From Bacteriovoracia bacterium (GTDB lineage: Bacteria; Bdellovibrionota; UBA1018; JBFWNL01), in NCBI GenBank assembly GCA_050251055.1, contig JBFWNL010000002.1:96001-160000 (forward strand): a DNA stretch of 64,000 nt. The letters run 5' to 3'. The notes beneath the pieces were generated by a model that worked only from the letters and a program-made list of their open reading frames with translations, had not been told where the DNA came from and searched no databases. Numbering within the stretch: the first letter of the stretch is position 1; every line of letters begins with the position of its first letter. Below are positions 9,627-18,203 of the stretch, one piece after another. The position numbers and the translations under genes were made by a program.

Positions 9627-10579
9627 AACAGCGGGAAACGCTAGGGCCCGTCCCGTCCGCTCCCATCGTCATCCTTACCGGCCCCACTGCCGCGGGCAAG
9701 TCTCAGCTGGCGGCCGACTTGGCCGCCGAACACGGCCAAATCGAGATCGTGAATGCGGACAGCATCTTGGTCTACCGCGGCTTCAACATCGGGTCGGCTA
9801 AACCGGACGCGACCGAGCGCCGAGGGGTCCCTCACCATCTCATCGACGTGCGTGATCCGAGCGAAGCGTTCACGGCCGGAGATTTCGTTCGCGACTGCGA
9901 GCGTCTGTTGAGCGAGATCGCGACGCGTGGGAAACGAGTTCTCATCGTAGGCGGCACGGGATTTTACCTGAAGGCGCTGTTATTCGGCCTCTGGGAAGTG
10001 GCGAAGGCCGATCCGGAGCTCCGCAAACGCGTGGAAGCGCGCACCACCCGCGAGCTATACGATCAGCTTTACGCCGTCGACCAGGAGGCGGCGCTCCGCA
10101 TCTCCCTCGGCGACCGCTATCGGTTGGTACGGGCGGTGGAGATTTGGGAGTCTACGGGCAAGACGCCCTCCTCGCTCGAAGCCGAAGCGGAGCGACGAGG
10201 TCCCGACCCACGTTACCAAATCTGGCTGGTCGACCGGCCAGCGGCCGAGCTCAAAAACCGCATTCGGACGCGCACTCGCCAGATGCTTCAAAACGGATTT
10301 ATCGAAGAAGTTCGCTCCCTCAGCCAAAACTTTCCCGGCGCGCGCTCGTTGGGAGCAGTCGGCTACGCGCAGGTACTCGAGCACCTCGCCGGTCGAACGC
10401 CCGCCGGGCGGAAGGTCCAGCCGGGCCTACCAGGACTGGAGGACGAAATCGTGCTCGCCACCCAGCAGCTCATCAAGCGCCAGCGTACCTGGTTCCGCTC
10501 CCAGACCCAGGCACGTCGATACGAACTACCGGCCGACGAAGCCCGCTTGCGCGAAGACTTCTGGAAGGTCTACAAATGA
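9605..10579 (+). CDS. miaA: tRNA dimethylallyltransferase
   Basis: GPTAAGKS, NADSILVYRG, IGSAKP, GGTGFY and KRQRTW motifs; follows mutL. Probable start is ATG 9605. Confidence 0.96.
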   Translation: MVSPPRLEQRETLGPVPSAPIVILTGPTAAGKSQLAADLAAEHGQIEIVNADSILVYRGFNIGSAKPDATERRGVPHHLIDVRDPSEAFTAGDFVRDCERLLSEIATRGKRVLIVGGTGFYLKALLFGLWEVAKADPELRKRVEARTTRELYDQLYAVDQEAALRISLGDRYRLVRAVEIWESTGKTPSSLEAEAERRGPDPRYQIWLVDRPAAELKNRIRTRTRQMLQNGFIEEVRSLSQNFPGARSLGAVGYAQVLEHLAGRTPAGRKVQPGLPGLEDEIVLATQQLIKRQRTWFRSQTQARRYELPADEARLREDFWKVYK

Positions 10580-11505
10580 AAAAAACGGTCCGCCGTTATC
10601 GTGTCGCCCTTACCTATCCCCTCCCCCGAAGGGTGATCGACGATGTGGTTAAGCCGTGGGCGGACGTGACGCTCGTCCGTACCCGCGCGGAACTGATACG
10701 AGCGCTCCCTCGGATGGACGGCGTGCTCACATTGTTGACCGATCGCGTGGATGAACCTCTTCTCCAACGTGCGGCCCGCCTGCGGGCCGTGGGTAACGTC
10801 GCCGTCGGCTACGACAATATCGATCTCAACGCGTGCCAAAGGCGCGGGATAGCGGTGCTGAATACCCCGGATGTCCTTACCCGCGCCACCGCCGAACTCA
10901 CGCTTGCCCTGCTATTCGCGACGGCGCGGAGGATATCCGAAGGAAATGCCCTCTGCCGATCCGGCCGCTGGCGCGGCTGGGATCCCGGCCAGCTTATTGG
11001 CCAACAGCTACAAGGGCGCCGGGCGGTGATCTTGGGACGCGGACGCATCGGTCGTGAGACCGCCAAACTTCTCCGCGCGCTGGGCATTCGCGCGGAGTTC
11101 ATCACGCGCACCGATCGTCCCTCCGCGATCGCGAACAAGCTGAACCGCGCCCAGATCCTTTCCATCCACGCGCCGCTCACTCCCAAAACCCGCCATTGGC
11201 TCAACGCCTATCGACTTGGCCTACTTCCGCCGGACGCCATCGTGCTAAATACTTCGCGAGGGCCCCTCATTGACGAAGCCGCGCTCGCGGCGGCGCTCGC
11301 GCGAAAACAGATTTTCGCGGCGGGACTCGATGTCTATGAGCATGAGCCGAGAATCAATCCTCGGCTCCGAAAGCTACCGAATGTTGTGTTGCTACCGCAT
11401 ATAGGAAGCGCCACCGCGCAGACGCGCGAGGCGATGGCCAGGCTAGCCGCCCAAGGAGTAATCAACGTGCTGCGCGGAAAACGCGCGAAGAACCGAGTCG
11501 TTTAG
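10576..11505 (+). CDS. D-2-hydroxyacid dehydrogenase (glyoxylate reductase / D-glycerate dehydrogenase-like)
   Basis: AVGYDNID, NTPDVLT, GRGRIG, NTSRG, GLDVYEHEP and PHIGSAT motifs. ATGA overlap with the miaA stop. Confidence 0.93.
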   Translation: MKKTVRRYRVALTYPLPRRVIDDVVKPWADVTLVRTRAELIRALPRMDGVLTLLTDRVDEPLLQRAARLRAVGNVAVGYDNIDLNACQRRGIAVLNTPDVLTRATAELTLALLFATARRISEGNALCRSGRWRGWDPGQLIGQQLQGRRAVILGRGRIGRETAKLLRALGIRAEFITRTDRPSAIANKLNRAQILSIHAPLTPKTRHWLNAYRLGLLPPDAIVLNTSRGPLIDEAALAAALARKQIFAAGLDVYEHEPRINPRLRKLPNVVLLPHIGSATAQTREAMARLAAQGVINVLRGKRAKNRVV

Positions 11506-11723
11506 AGCTCGTCTTCTTCTAAGCATTCACACCCGACGGGAAGCCACGCCTCCATCTCACATCGGTCGTCTTCAAGCGTATAACGTGCCCAGGGCGTATG
11601 GAGAACATGCCGACACAGAAGCACGCATTCGCCTGGACTGCGCTCACAATAAAAGTGACCTGCCAGGGCCGGAAACGCGCTGAAACCCACGATCAGGGCC
11701 ACTAAACTAAGAAATTTCTTCAT
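11502..11723 (-). CDS. Small secreted cysteine-rich peptide
   Basis: MKKFLSLVALIVGFSAFPALA signal peptide, GGAGG RBS, and 6 Cys in about 52 mature residues. Confidence 0.7.
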   Translation of the reverse strand: MKKFLSLVALIVGFSAFPALAGHFYCERSPGECVLLCRHVLHTPWARYTLEDDRCEMEAWLPVGCECLEEDEL

Positions 11724-11773
11724 GCTATCCCTCCGCACTATTTACAAACCGGCTAACCCAACCAGTTCAATCA

Positions 11774-11793
11774 CCTTTAGACCCCTCTAAAGG
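11774..11793. promoter_or_regulatory. 8-bp inverted repeat (operator or hairpin) between the porin gene and the small peptide gene
   Basis: CCTTTAGA-cccc-TCTAAAGG. Confidence 0.3.
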
Positions 11794-11917
11794 ATTAATT
11801 TTATAGACATTTTCGATACCAACCGGAAGTGTCCGAAAGGTTATCCAAAGACGCCTTCAATCGGTGAGAGATTAGCAAATTCCGTGCTGCATCGCAGCGG
11901 CAATGCCCGCACTTGCC

Positions 11918-13027
11918 TTAAATAGCCATCTGGGCGGTCAAAATAATGAGGCGGCCAGGTTCCGCCAGGGCCGTCGTCGCCATCCGCGGCGTGCCGCTCG
12001 AGGTCGTCATATCGTAGAGGTGGGCGTACGCCAGCTGCAGCTTCACATTGTGTTTGCTCAAGAAGCAATTCACCCCGAACCATAGCGCGGTTCCGGAAAG
12101 CCCGCCGTCGGCGTTCGGCGTATAGCGCTCATAGCGAAACACCGGTTGCATGAGACCCGACACCGTGTATCCAGCCTCGCCGGCGTACCCGTAGGAAGAT
12201 ACCTTCACGTCATTGGTCGTGTCGTCAGCCGCGGAAAACTCGAAACGGATCATCTCGGCATCTCCATTCCAGCGAACGTTGGCCCCATACCGCGCGTCTT
12301 GGCCGAAACGAAAATCCTTCGCCGCCAGAAAACCGCCCACATTCAACTTATCTAAGAAGGTGACGTCGGCGCGAAAGCTCACATCCTTCGCCGTATTGGT
12401 GTCTTCGGTATTGGGACGGCCACCGTTGGAGAGCATCCAGCCAAACCGCCACGGCTTAGGCTTATAAAAAACCTGCAATCCCATTTGTCGTTGGTCTCCC
12501 AACGTGCGCGAAATCAGCGATCGTTCGGGCAGCGTCAGTTCGGAAGAGGAATCGAGGGATTCTTGCACCGTCAGGATCTTCATCTGGCCGATTACGAGCT
12601 CGACTTCGTCGGACAGAAGAAAGCCCAAGTTTAGATCCTGCAAGACTTTGTTGTCGTTCGTCGACGAAACGGGCCCCGACGACAAGGACTTCGCCGGGTC
12701 GATCATTACCGTCCACCGCGTGCTCTCGGTGATCGCACCGCTCAGTTTGAGTTCCGCGCGGCGTATCCGAAAGTTATTGCTAACGGCCGGTGTCGTGGAG
12801 TCACTATAAAACCAGCTCTGTAACAGTCCATTGAACTTCATCTTTCCCTTCCCCACCTCGACAAATGCGGGGGAAGCGGGAGCGGCCGCCGAAACGGATG
12901 TCGCCGTAGGCGAAGGGGTAGCCGCAGGAGCCGGTTCTGCCGCCCGGGCCGCCCCGGAGTAAACCAGCAAGGCCATACTCATTTTGATGAGGGTAAACGT
13001 CTTGAAGGAAGTGAGCGTCCGTTTCAT
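11918..13027 (-). CDS. Phosphate-selective porin OprO/OprP family
   Basis: Signal peptide, Pro/Ala linker, KFNGLLQ, FRIRRAELKLSG, GQMK...ERS, RQMG, amphipathic beta-strands. Confidence 0.8.
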   Translation of the reverse strand: MKRTLTSFKTFTLIKMSMALLVYSGAARAAEPAPAATPSPTATSVSAAAPASPAFVEVGKGKMKFNGLLQSWFYSDSTTPAVSNNFRIRRAELKLSGAITESTRWTVMIDPAKSLSSGPVSSTNDNKVLQDLNLGFLLSDEVELVIGQMKILTVQESLDSSSELTLPERSLISRTLGDQRQMGLQVFYKPKPWRFGWMLSNGGRPNTEDTNTAKDVSFRADVTFLDKLNVGGFLAAKDFRFGQDARYGANVRWNGDAEMIRFEFSAADDTTNDVKVSSYGYAGEAGYTVSGLMQPVFRYERYTPNADGGLSGTALWFGVNCFLSKHNVKLQLAYAHLYDMTTSSGTPRMATTALAEPGRLIILTAQMAI

Positions 13028-13039
13028 GCGTCAGGTCTC

Positions 13040-14296
13040 CTAGAGGTAATAGTGCAAAGTGAACCATAGGACGTTGGCGAAGTCAGCCGAAACGGCATGA
13101 CTTCTTTCGCGACGACCGATAGCCGAAAATTCCCAGTGGGGCCGCGGAAAGTATTGCAGACCCAACCCGTAGTTGTCGCGAGAATAGCTGCGGGGCGAGC
13201 CCGCCACCCTCGCGTACTCTTGGGTGACGAATGCTTGTACGCCGCGCGAAAACTCCCACCCGGTCTTCGTCATTTGCGTACCACCGCTGCCTAACGCATC
13301 CGCATACGTCGCATTCAACTCAAATAGCGTGTAAACCGTGCGGCTCCAGCTAAAAATCGCGTAAGGTCCGACGAGCCAGCGCCGCGTGTTGCTCGCGGCA
13401 TTAGTCGCCTTCCCAGTATAGATGTTCCCCCCAAGCTTGACTCGGTCACTCACCGCATGACCGGCTTGCAAGGAAAATCCTTGCTCCACGCCTAACTGCG
13501 GATTGTCCGGCCGCCCCATCACCACGGTCGCGTGCACTTGGGTGTCGGTCGTAAAATAAGTGAACTCAACGTTATAGGTTTCTTGTTCCTCAGCGAAGCC
13601 CATCAAACCACGCGTGAGCATCGTCGGTTCGTCGATCTGCAATCCGTAAGCATAATAGAATCGGCCGACCCGCAGCTGGTATCGATCGAGTTCTCCCTGG
13701 CCGCCCTCGGGCCCCATCTTCACCGAAAGCCAGTGACGACGGCTGATCAAATAGCTCAAAGGACTATCTGCGGCGGCGTTGCCGTTGGGCTCGGAGCGGC
13801 CCAAGGTGCCCACCAAGGTAAAGCGCTTCCCATCCGTAATGGCGGCCTCCAGATCCAATCGCATCACCAGGAAACGTCCCGTCACCGCGGAAGGCGTGTC
13901 TTCGATCAACTGCCGGAAGCGCAGATTTCCTCCCAGTTGCAGCCAAGCGGGGGTCGAAACTGCTCCGTAAAGAAAACTTTCCTCGCGGGACTCCTCCGAA
14001 GCGACAAGGGGGGCCGGAGAACCTCCCGTATCAAGGGTCTCGGGCCCTTTTTCGAAGAAGAAACGTCCGTGAGAGATGATCTCCTTAGAGAGCACACGGC
14101 CATGCTCGGACAAAAGGCCGCCTCCCGTGACGCTGACGTGGCAGCTCGAACAGTTTCCGTACCCGTACCGGGTCATTTCCGGATAGGCTCTCGCCTCGCG
14201 AGACACGCCTAAAAGGGCGAGCCCCACCGCGGCACCCACAAACCAGCGTAGGGAAAAGCGCGTCGATCCCACTATTTCATCCCTTGGAGAATCCAC
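13040..14296 (-). CDS. Outer-membrane beta-barrel with N-terminal c-type heme motif (cytochrome-porin fusion)
   Basis: Signal peptide ending ARA|YPEMTRYGYGNCSSCH...LSEHGR, then about 330 aa of beta-strands and a C-terminal FTLHYYL. The real start may be GTG 14272, overlapping the upstream stop. Confidence 0.8.
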   Translation of the reverse strand: MDSPRDEIVGSTRFSLRWFVGAAVGLALLGVSREARAYPEMTRYGYGNCSSCHVSVTGGGLLSEHGRVLSKEIISHGRFFFEKGPETLDTGGSPAPLVASEESREESFLYGAVSTPAWLQLGGNLRFRQLIEDTPSAVTGRFLVMRLDLEAAITDGKRFTLVGTLGRSEPNGNAAADSPLSYLISRRHWLSVKMGPEGGQGELDRYQLRVGRFYYAYGLQIDEPTMLTRGLMGFAEEQETYNVEFTYFTTDTQVHATVVMGRPDNPQLGVEQGFSLQAGHAVSDRVKLGGNIYTGKATNAASNTRRWLVGPYAIFSWSRTVYTLFELNATYADALGSGGTQMTKTGWEFSRGVQAFVTQEYARVAGSPRSYSRDNYGLGLQYFPRPHWEFSAIGRRERSHAVSADFANVLWFTLHYYL

Positions 14297-14913
14297 TCCG
14301 AGAGCGCACGGCGTTCGTCATCCAATAGCCGCGGCAGCGGTAACGCCGGCATGTCCGCGCGGACCACGGTACGGTCGAAAATCAGCGCGGCCTTCGCGCG
14401 AACTTCATCGACGTTACCGAGATCCAATTTCGCCTCTGGATTGGGTTGAGAATGACATTCAAGACAACGCCTTTCGATGATCTGGGTACGCACCAGCTCC
14501 CAGGTATAAGGCCCCGTCTTCAAGACCGGGTCAAGCGGCGTGGTCGTACCCGCCGAGGCCTCGCGGGGAGCGCCTTGGGCGATCCACGCCACCAGCACTT
14601 GGGCTTCCTCCGTCGAAAGCGGTCCCAGGGGTGAGGGCCCGGCAGGCGGCATCGTCCTTTGCTCCAATGCCCGGGTCTCGATGCGGCCCAGGTTTTTTAA
14701 CACGGAGGGGTAGGTTTCTAGGTTCAACGAGCCTTGATCGCCACCGGCTCCACTATGACAGCTCAGGCATTTCGGAACCAGGACTCGCTCCCACACCTGG
14801 TTAAATCCCACGGGCGTGGTCTGCGCCGCTCCTCCGGAAACCCTCGGTGTCTTGTCATAGTGAAATCCACATCCACAAAACAAAGCCACGGCTATCAAAA
14901 TAAAATTTTTCAT
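14272..14913 (-). CDS. Diheme c-type cytochrome lipoprotein (two tandem small cytochrome domains)
   Basis: Lipobox LFCGC; CLSCH...MPP and CLECH...MPA; each repeat ends L..EE/DE...L..WI.QG. Confidence 0.85.
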   Translation of the reverse strand: MKNFILIAVALFCGCGFHYDKTPRVSGGAAQTTPVGFNQVWERVLVPKCLSCHSGAGGDQGSLNLETYPSVLKNLGRIETRALEQRTMPPAGPSPLGPLSTEEAQVLVAWIAQGAPREASAGTTTPLDPVLKTGPYTWELVRTQIIERRCLECHSQPNPEAKLDLGNVDEVRAKAALIFDRTVVRADMPALPLPRLLDDERRALSEWILQGMK

Positions 14914-15491
14914 GGCTTTAACACCGTTTCCACTTCGACATCAACTTGCTTGGCCACCGTAATCCCGGCAAAGCTCGGCACGCCGATTTCGAAATCATCT
15001 AATTGAACCGAAAACCTCGCCTGCACTCGCCAGGAAGGCGCGGTAGCGCTCACCTTCAGTTTTCCACTCACCGGCTTAGTCACTCCATGCAGCTGCATGA
15101 ATCCCTTGAAATCGCCTTCGGTGCCTAGCTTCAGCTCGCTCTTCATGATCCAAACTTCCGCGGTGGGATACTTCGCTAAAAGCAGGTACTTCTCTTGTAA
15201 ATGCCGATTGCGTAACGCCAGCCCCGTATCGAGACTCGCCAGCATGAACTTAAAGCCGCCTTGCACGGTCAGCTGATCGCTCCCCTGAGGGCCAGACGGC
15301 TCAATGCCTAGCTGACCTTCGGGGCCCTTGCCGCGGCCAACGATCTTCATGGCGCTCGGATTACCAATCGCGAGAAATCGCACTTCTCCTTGTTCTGAAT
15401 TCGCTACGAATTGGGGGACGGCCGAGTAACCCGCCGGTCCGAAGCACGCAGCGAAGAGCGTCCCCACTAACCAAGAAAAACCAATTCTCAT
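14910..15491 (-). CDS. YceI family lipid/polyisoprenoid-binding protein
   Basis: LDTGLALRNRHL, KYPTA and LHGVTKPV motifs; signal peptide; 4-bp overlaps on both sides. Confidence 0.9.
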   Translation of the reverse strand: MRIGFSWLVGTLFAACFGPAGYSAVPQFVANSEQGEVRFLAIGNPSAMKIVGRGKGPEGQLGIEPSGPQGSDQLTVQGGFKFMLASLDTGLALRNRHLQEKYLLLAKYPTAEVWIMKSELKLGTEGDFKGFMQLHGVTKPVSGKLKVSATAPSWRVQARFSVQLDDFEIGVPSFAGITVAKQVDVEVETVLKP

Positions 15492-18193
15492 GCCGCACCT
15501 TCCTTCGGAGTCTCGGCGGAATTTTCCGGAGGCACCGACGGCTGGGGTTCGTTAGGAAAGATGCGCTCACATTCGTCGTTACCGGGCTGCCATCGCCCTT
15601 CGCCGGCCTCCCGCAGATACTGGAAGATCGCCCAGCCCGCATTGTAAGCTGCCCGGTCGGCCCACTCTTCCACGATTTCGGGATAAAGCGGCTGGAGCGT
15701 TTCGGGGTCGAACTTTAACTTCGGGTCATCCACGCTGCGGTTATCGATGAAGCAAACATCCCGGAAAATTTCGTGATCCGGAAAATTCGTCGACGAGGCT
15801 TTCTCCGGGGAAATCTGGCGCAGGCACTTCTCCCGAACCTGGTTCAACATCTGGGCACCATGCTTGCCGACGAAGTTCGAGGCTTCCGCCGGGAACTGCA
15901 CACGTGTCCCTTCCATCGCCATCCAAATGAGATAATTACCACCGAGGTTACGCACGGCACCGCCCGCACCCCGCGAGTCAAAAGTCTTGAGATTCCGACC
16001 TTGGTTGCCGAACAACCCATCGATGAAGTTAGCCACGCGTACGCTGCCCCCCGACCAGTTCAACAGCCCCCGCGCGAGCGCCGTGTTCCCGTCCGCCCCA
16101 CTCCCGTGGCACTTCACGCAAGTGGTGCGATAATACCAGGATCCGGGCGTGGTCGAATAAACCTCCCCAAAGGGACGCTTCGGTCGGCCCTGGGCATTGA
16201 TCATCCAGGGACGCTGCTGCTCCTTCGGCAGATCGACCGTAGGAAATCGGCAGTCTTTTTTCTTGTTCCAATAACCCACGGGATAGGTCTTGGTGACCGC
16301 CTTTTGCAGGGTAGGCGTGAATTCCAGCTTACGATACTTCGGGGTCATGCCTTCGTCGCGATCTTTCCAATCCGCGCGCCGGGGCACGTAACGATCGCTC
16401 TTGGGCCAAGTGAAATCCTGGTCTACCCAGTCGAAGTCATCGTTCGACTTACATTCCGGCGCGAACCCTTCGGCCGCCGCGATGCTGCCGTACGAAAGCA
16501 CCCATTGACCGATGATCTTGAGCACCTTGCAATCGGGCGAGCCCGGCGTGTGCATCGGCATGCGGCTGGTGAGCCCCTGCGCCGACGGTGGGTCCGAAAC
16601 CTTGAGGTAAACGTGGCTCTGCGTGAGGTCGCCTTCGTGGTGTACGAACCGGCGCGTGGGGATCTGGGTCGAGCGGGTGTGAGTATTGAACTCGTAAATT
16701 TCTCCCGCACGCAGATCCAACGTCACCCCGTTTTCCTTCGTGAACGCGAATCCATTGGGGTTGTGGCAGTGGGCGCAGTTTCCCGTCATATAGGCCTGCG
16801 CCTTCACTTCGTAGATATTACGCGGATTCTTGGTCCCGACCCACTCTAGGCGCGGAAGCTCTTCGGCTCGCTGGTATCCCGAGATCAATCCGTACGCAAC
16901 GAAGCGCTCCGCCTGGCTCAACTCGGATTTTCCAACCGGATCTTCGCGACCCGCCTCGCCTTTTTGCCGACGATTCAGCTGCAGGGGCGTGAAGCCCAAC
17001 ACGAAGTTCTGGGTTTCCGATCCCATGTGACACTCCACGCAGCGGTGGCGTCCGGGCAGGGCATACTTGCGTTGTTTTCCGGATTTTTCATCGACCGTGA
17101 GTTTAAAAATCGTGTCTTTGAAGGAGGTGCCGTCCCGATACGGAATTTCCACCAGGGTCGCGAACTGCTCTGATTCATCCCAGCGGTAGCTACCGAATAA
17201 GCTCTTGGACCAATCCTTGCGCGCAACGATGATTCGGGTCTCGACCCGACGGTAGCGTGGCTTGCCGTTTTTCATCTTCACCAGCTTGTAAAACGTCTTA
17301 TAGAAGCGGGTGAAGTCGGGAATATCGAACTGCTTTTTAAGGGGATCGTAAGTAATGGTTTGGCGGACGAGCTGGCCGTCTTCGATCTTCATCGGGACGT
17401 GAATCCAACGGCCCTTCTCCGCGTTGTCCGCCCAGAGCGGATACTCGACGTTATAAGCGAGCGTGCCTTTCTTCGCGAGTTCGTATGCATCCAGTGTGAA
17501 CATATCCGTGTCGGTCAAATTCGGTGGAAGCTTCTCGGCCTGCGCGAAGAATCGGTCTTTTCGATAGTCGAAACCTACGCTTTCAGGCGCAGGAATGCAG
17601 TCACCGAGCTCGCTCGTCTGCAGCAGCTGGCTGGGATCCGGTAGTGGGGGCGCCCCCGCGGAGCCGGGCATCGGAAACGAGCCGTCGGGCCTACCGGCGG
17701 CTACCCAGGCTTTTAGGTTTTCCGCAATCCGCAAAAAAGCTTCCGAGTTTCCGCCTCGCCGATCTTCCGGTGGCATCCGGTTGTCGGAGTTTTCATCCAC
17801 CATGGCGGCGATGATCTGCTCGACCGTTTCGGAAAGCCCTGGATAAAACTGGGTCGTGCCCCCCACCGTCAGCTCCTGGCCGACGTGGGAGTCGGTGTAG
17901 GTAAAACCGCCGGTTTTGCTGGGCACGCGGTGACAGCTCGCGCAGGCTGAATTGACCGCGTCGCGGACGTCATTAAATGACATCATTCCGCCTTGCTTCA
18001 AACCCAAGTAGGGTGTCTCGGGAATGCGCCCCGCGGTCTCCACGGGGGCGCAGAAACGTTGCTTCTCGGTCGCGCCAACGATCAGCTTGGGTTTATTCGT
18101 GCAACCCGTGGAAATGCCGAGGGCGGCGGCCAGCCCAAAGCTGACCACCGCCCCGCTATCCATAAATTTATGGAATAAGCCTCGGCGTTTCAT
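15488..18193 (-). CDS. Large tetraheme c-type cytochrome lipoprotein with an SO2930-like diheme core
   Basis: Start MKRRGLF at 18193; lipobox ISTGC; CASCH, CVECH, CAHCH and CVKCH; YNVEYPLWADNAEKGRW, VETRI, YRWD and NCAHCHNPNG motifs. Confidence 0.85.
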   Translation of the reverse strand: MKRRGLFHKFMDSGAVVSFGLAAALGISTGCTNKPKLIVGATEKQRFCAPVETAGRIPETPYLGLKQGGMMSFNDVRDAVNSACASCHRVPSKTGGFTYTDSHVGQELTVGGTTQFYPGLSETVEQIIAAMVDENSDNRMPPEDRRGGNSEAFLRIAENLKAWVAAGRPDGSFPMPGSAGAPPLPDPSQLLQTSELGDCIPAPESVGFDYRKDRFFAQAEKLPPNLTDTDMFTLDAYELAKKGTLAYNVEYPLWADNAEKGRWIHVPMKIEDGQLVRQTITYDPLKKQFDIPDFTRFYKTFYKLVKMKNGKPRYRRVETRIIVARKDWSKSLFGSYRWDESEQFATLVEIPYRDGTSFKDTIFKLTVDEKSGKQRKYALPGRHRCVECHMGSETQNFVLGFTPLQLNRRQKGEAGREDPVGKSELSQAERFVAYGLISGYQRAEELPRLEWVGTKNPRNIYEVKAQAYMTGNCAHCHNPNGFAFTKENGVTLDLRAGEIYEFNTHTRSTQIPTRRFVHHEGDLTQSHVYLKVSDPPSAQGLTSRMPMHTPGSPDCKVLKIIGQWVLSYGSIAAAEGFAPECKSNDDFDWVDQDFTWPKSDRYVPRRADWKDRDEGMTPKYRKLEFTPTLQKAVTKTYPVGYWNKKKDCRFPTVDLPKEQQRPWMINAQGRPKRPFGEVYSTTPGSWYYRTTCVKCHGSGADGNTALARGLLNWSGGSVRVANFIDGLFGNQGRNLKTFDSRGAGGAVRNLGGNYLIWMAMEGTRVQFPAEASNFVGKHGAQMLNQVREKCLRQISPEKASSTNFPDHEIFRDVCFIDNRSVDDPKLKFDPETLQPLYPEIVEEWADRAAYNAGWAIFQYLREAGEGRWQPGNDECERIFPNEPQPSVPPENSAETPKEGAA

Positions 18194-18203
18194 ATCGGCG
18201 ACC

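Noticed and set aside
10144-10575. 144-aa N-terminal extension of the dehydrogenase
   Set aside because: Alternate-frame read-through of miaA; the ATGA coupling at 10576 marks the real start.
15773-16849. 358-aa plus-strand ORF
   Set aside because: Antisense shadow of the tetraheme cytochrome gene, typical of GC-rich DNA.
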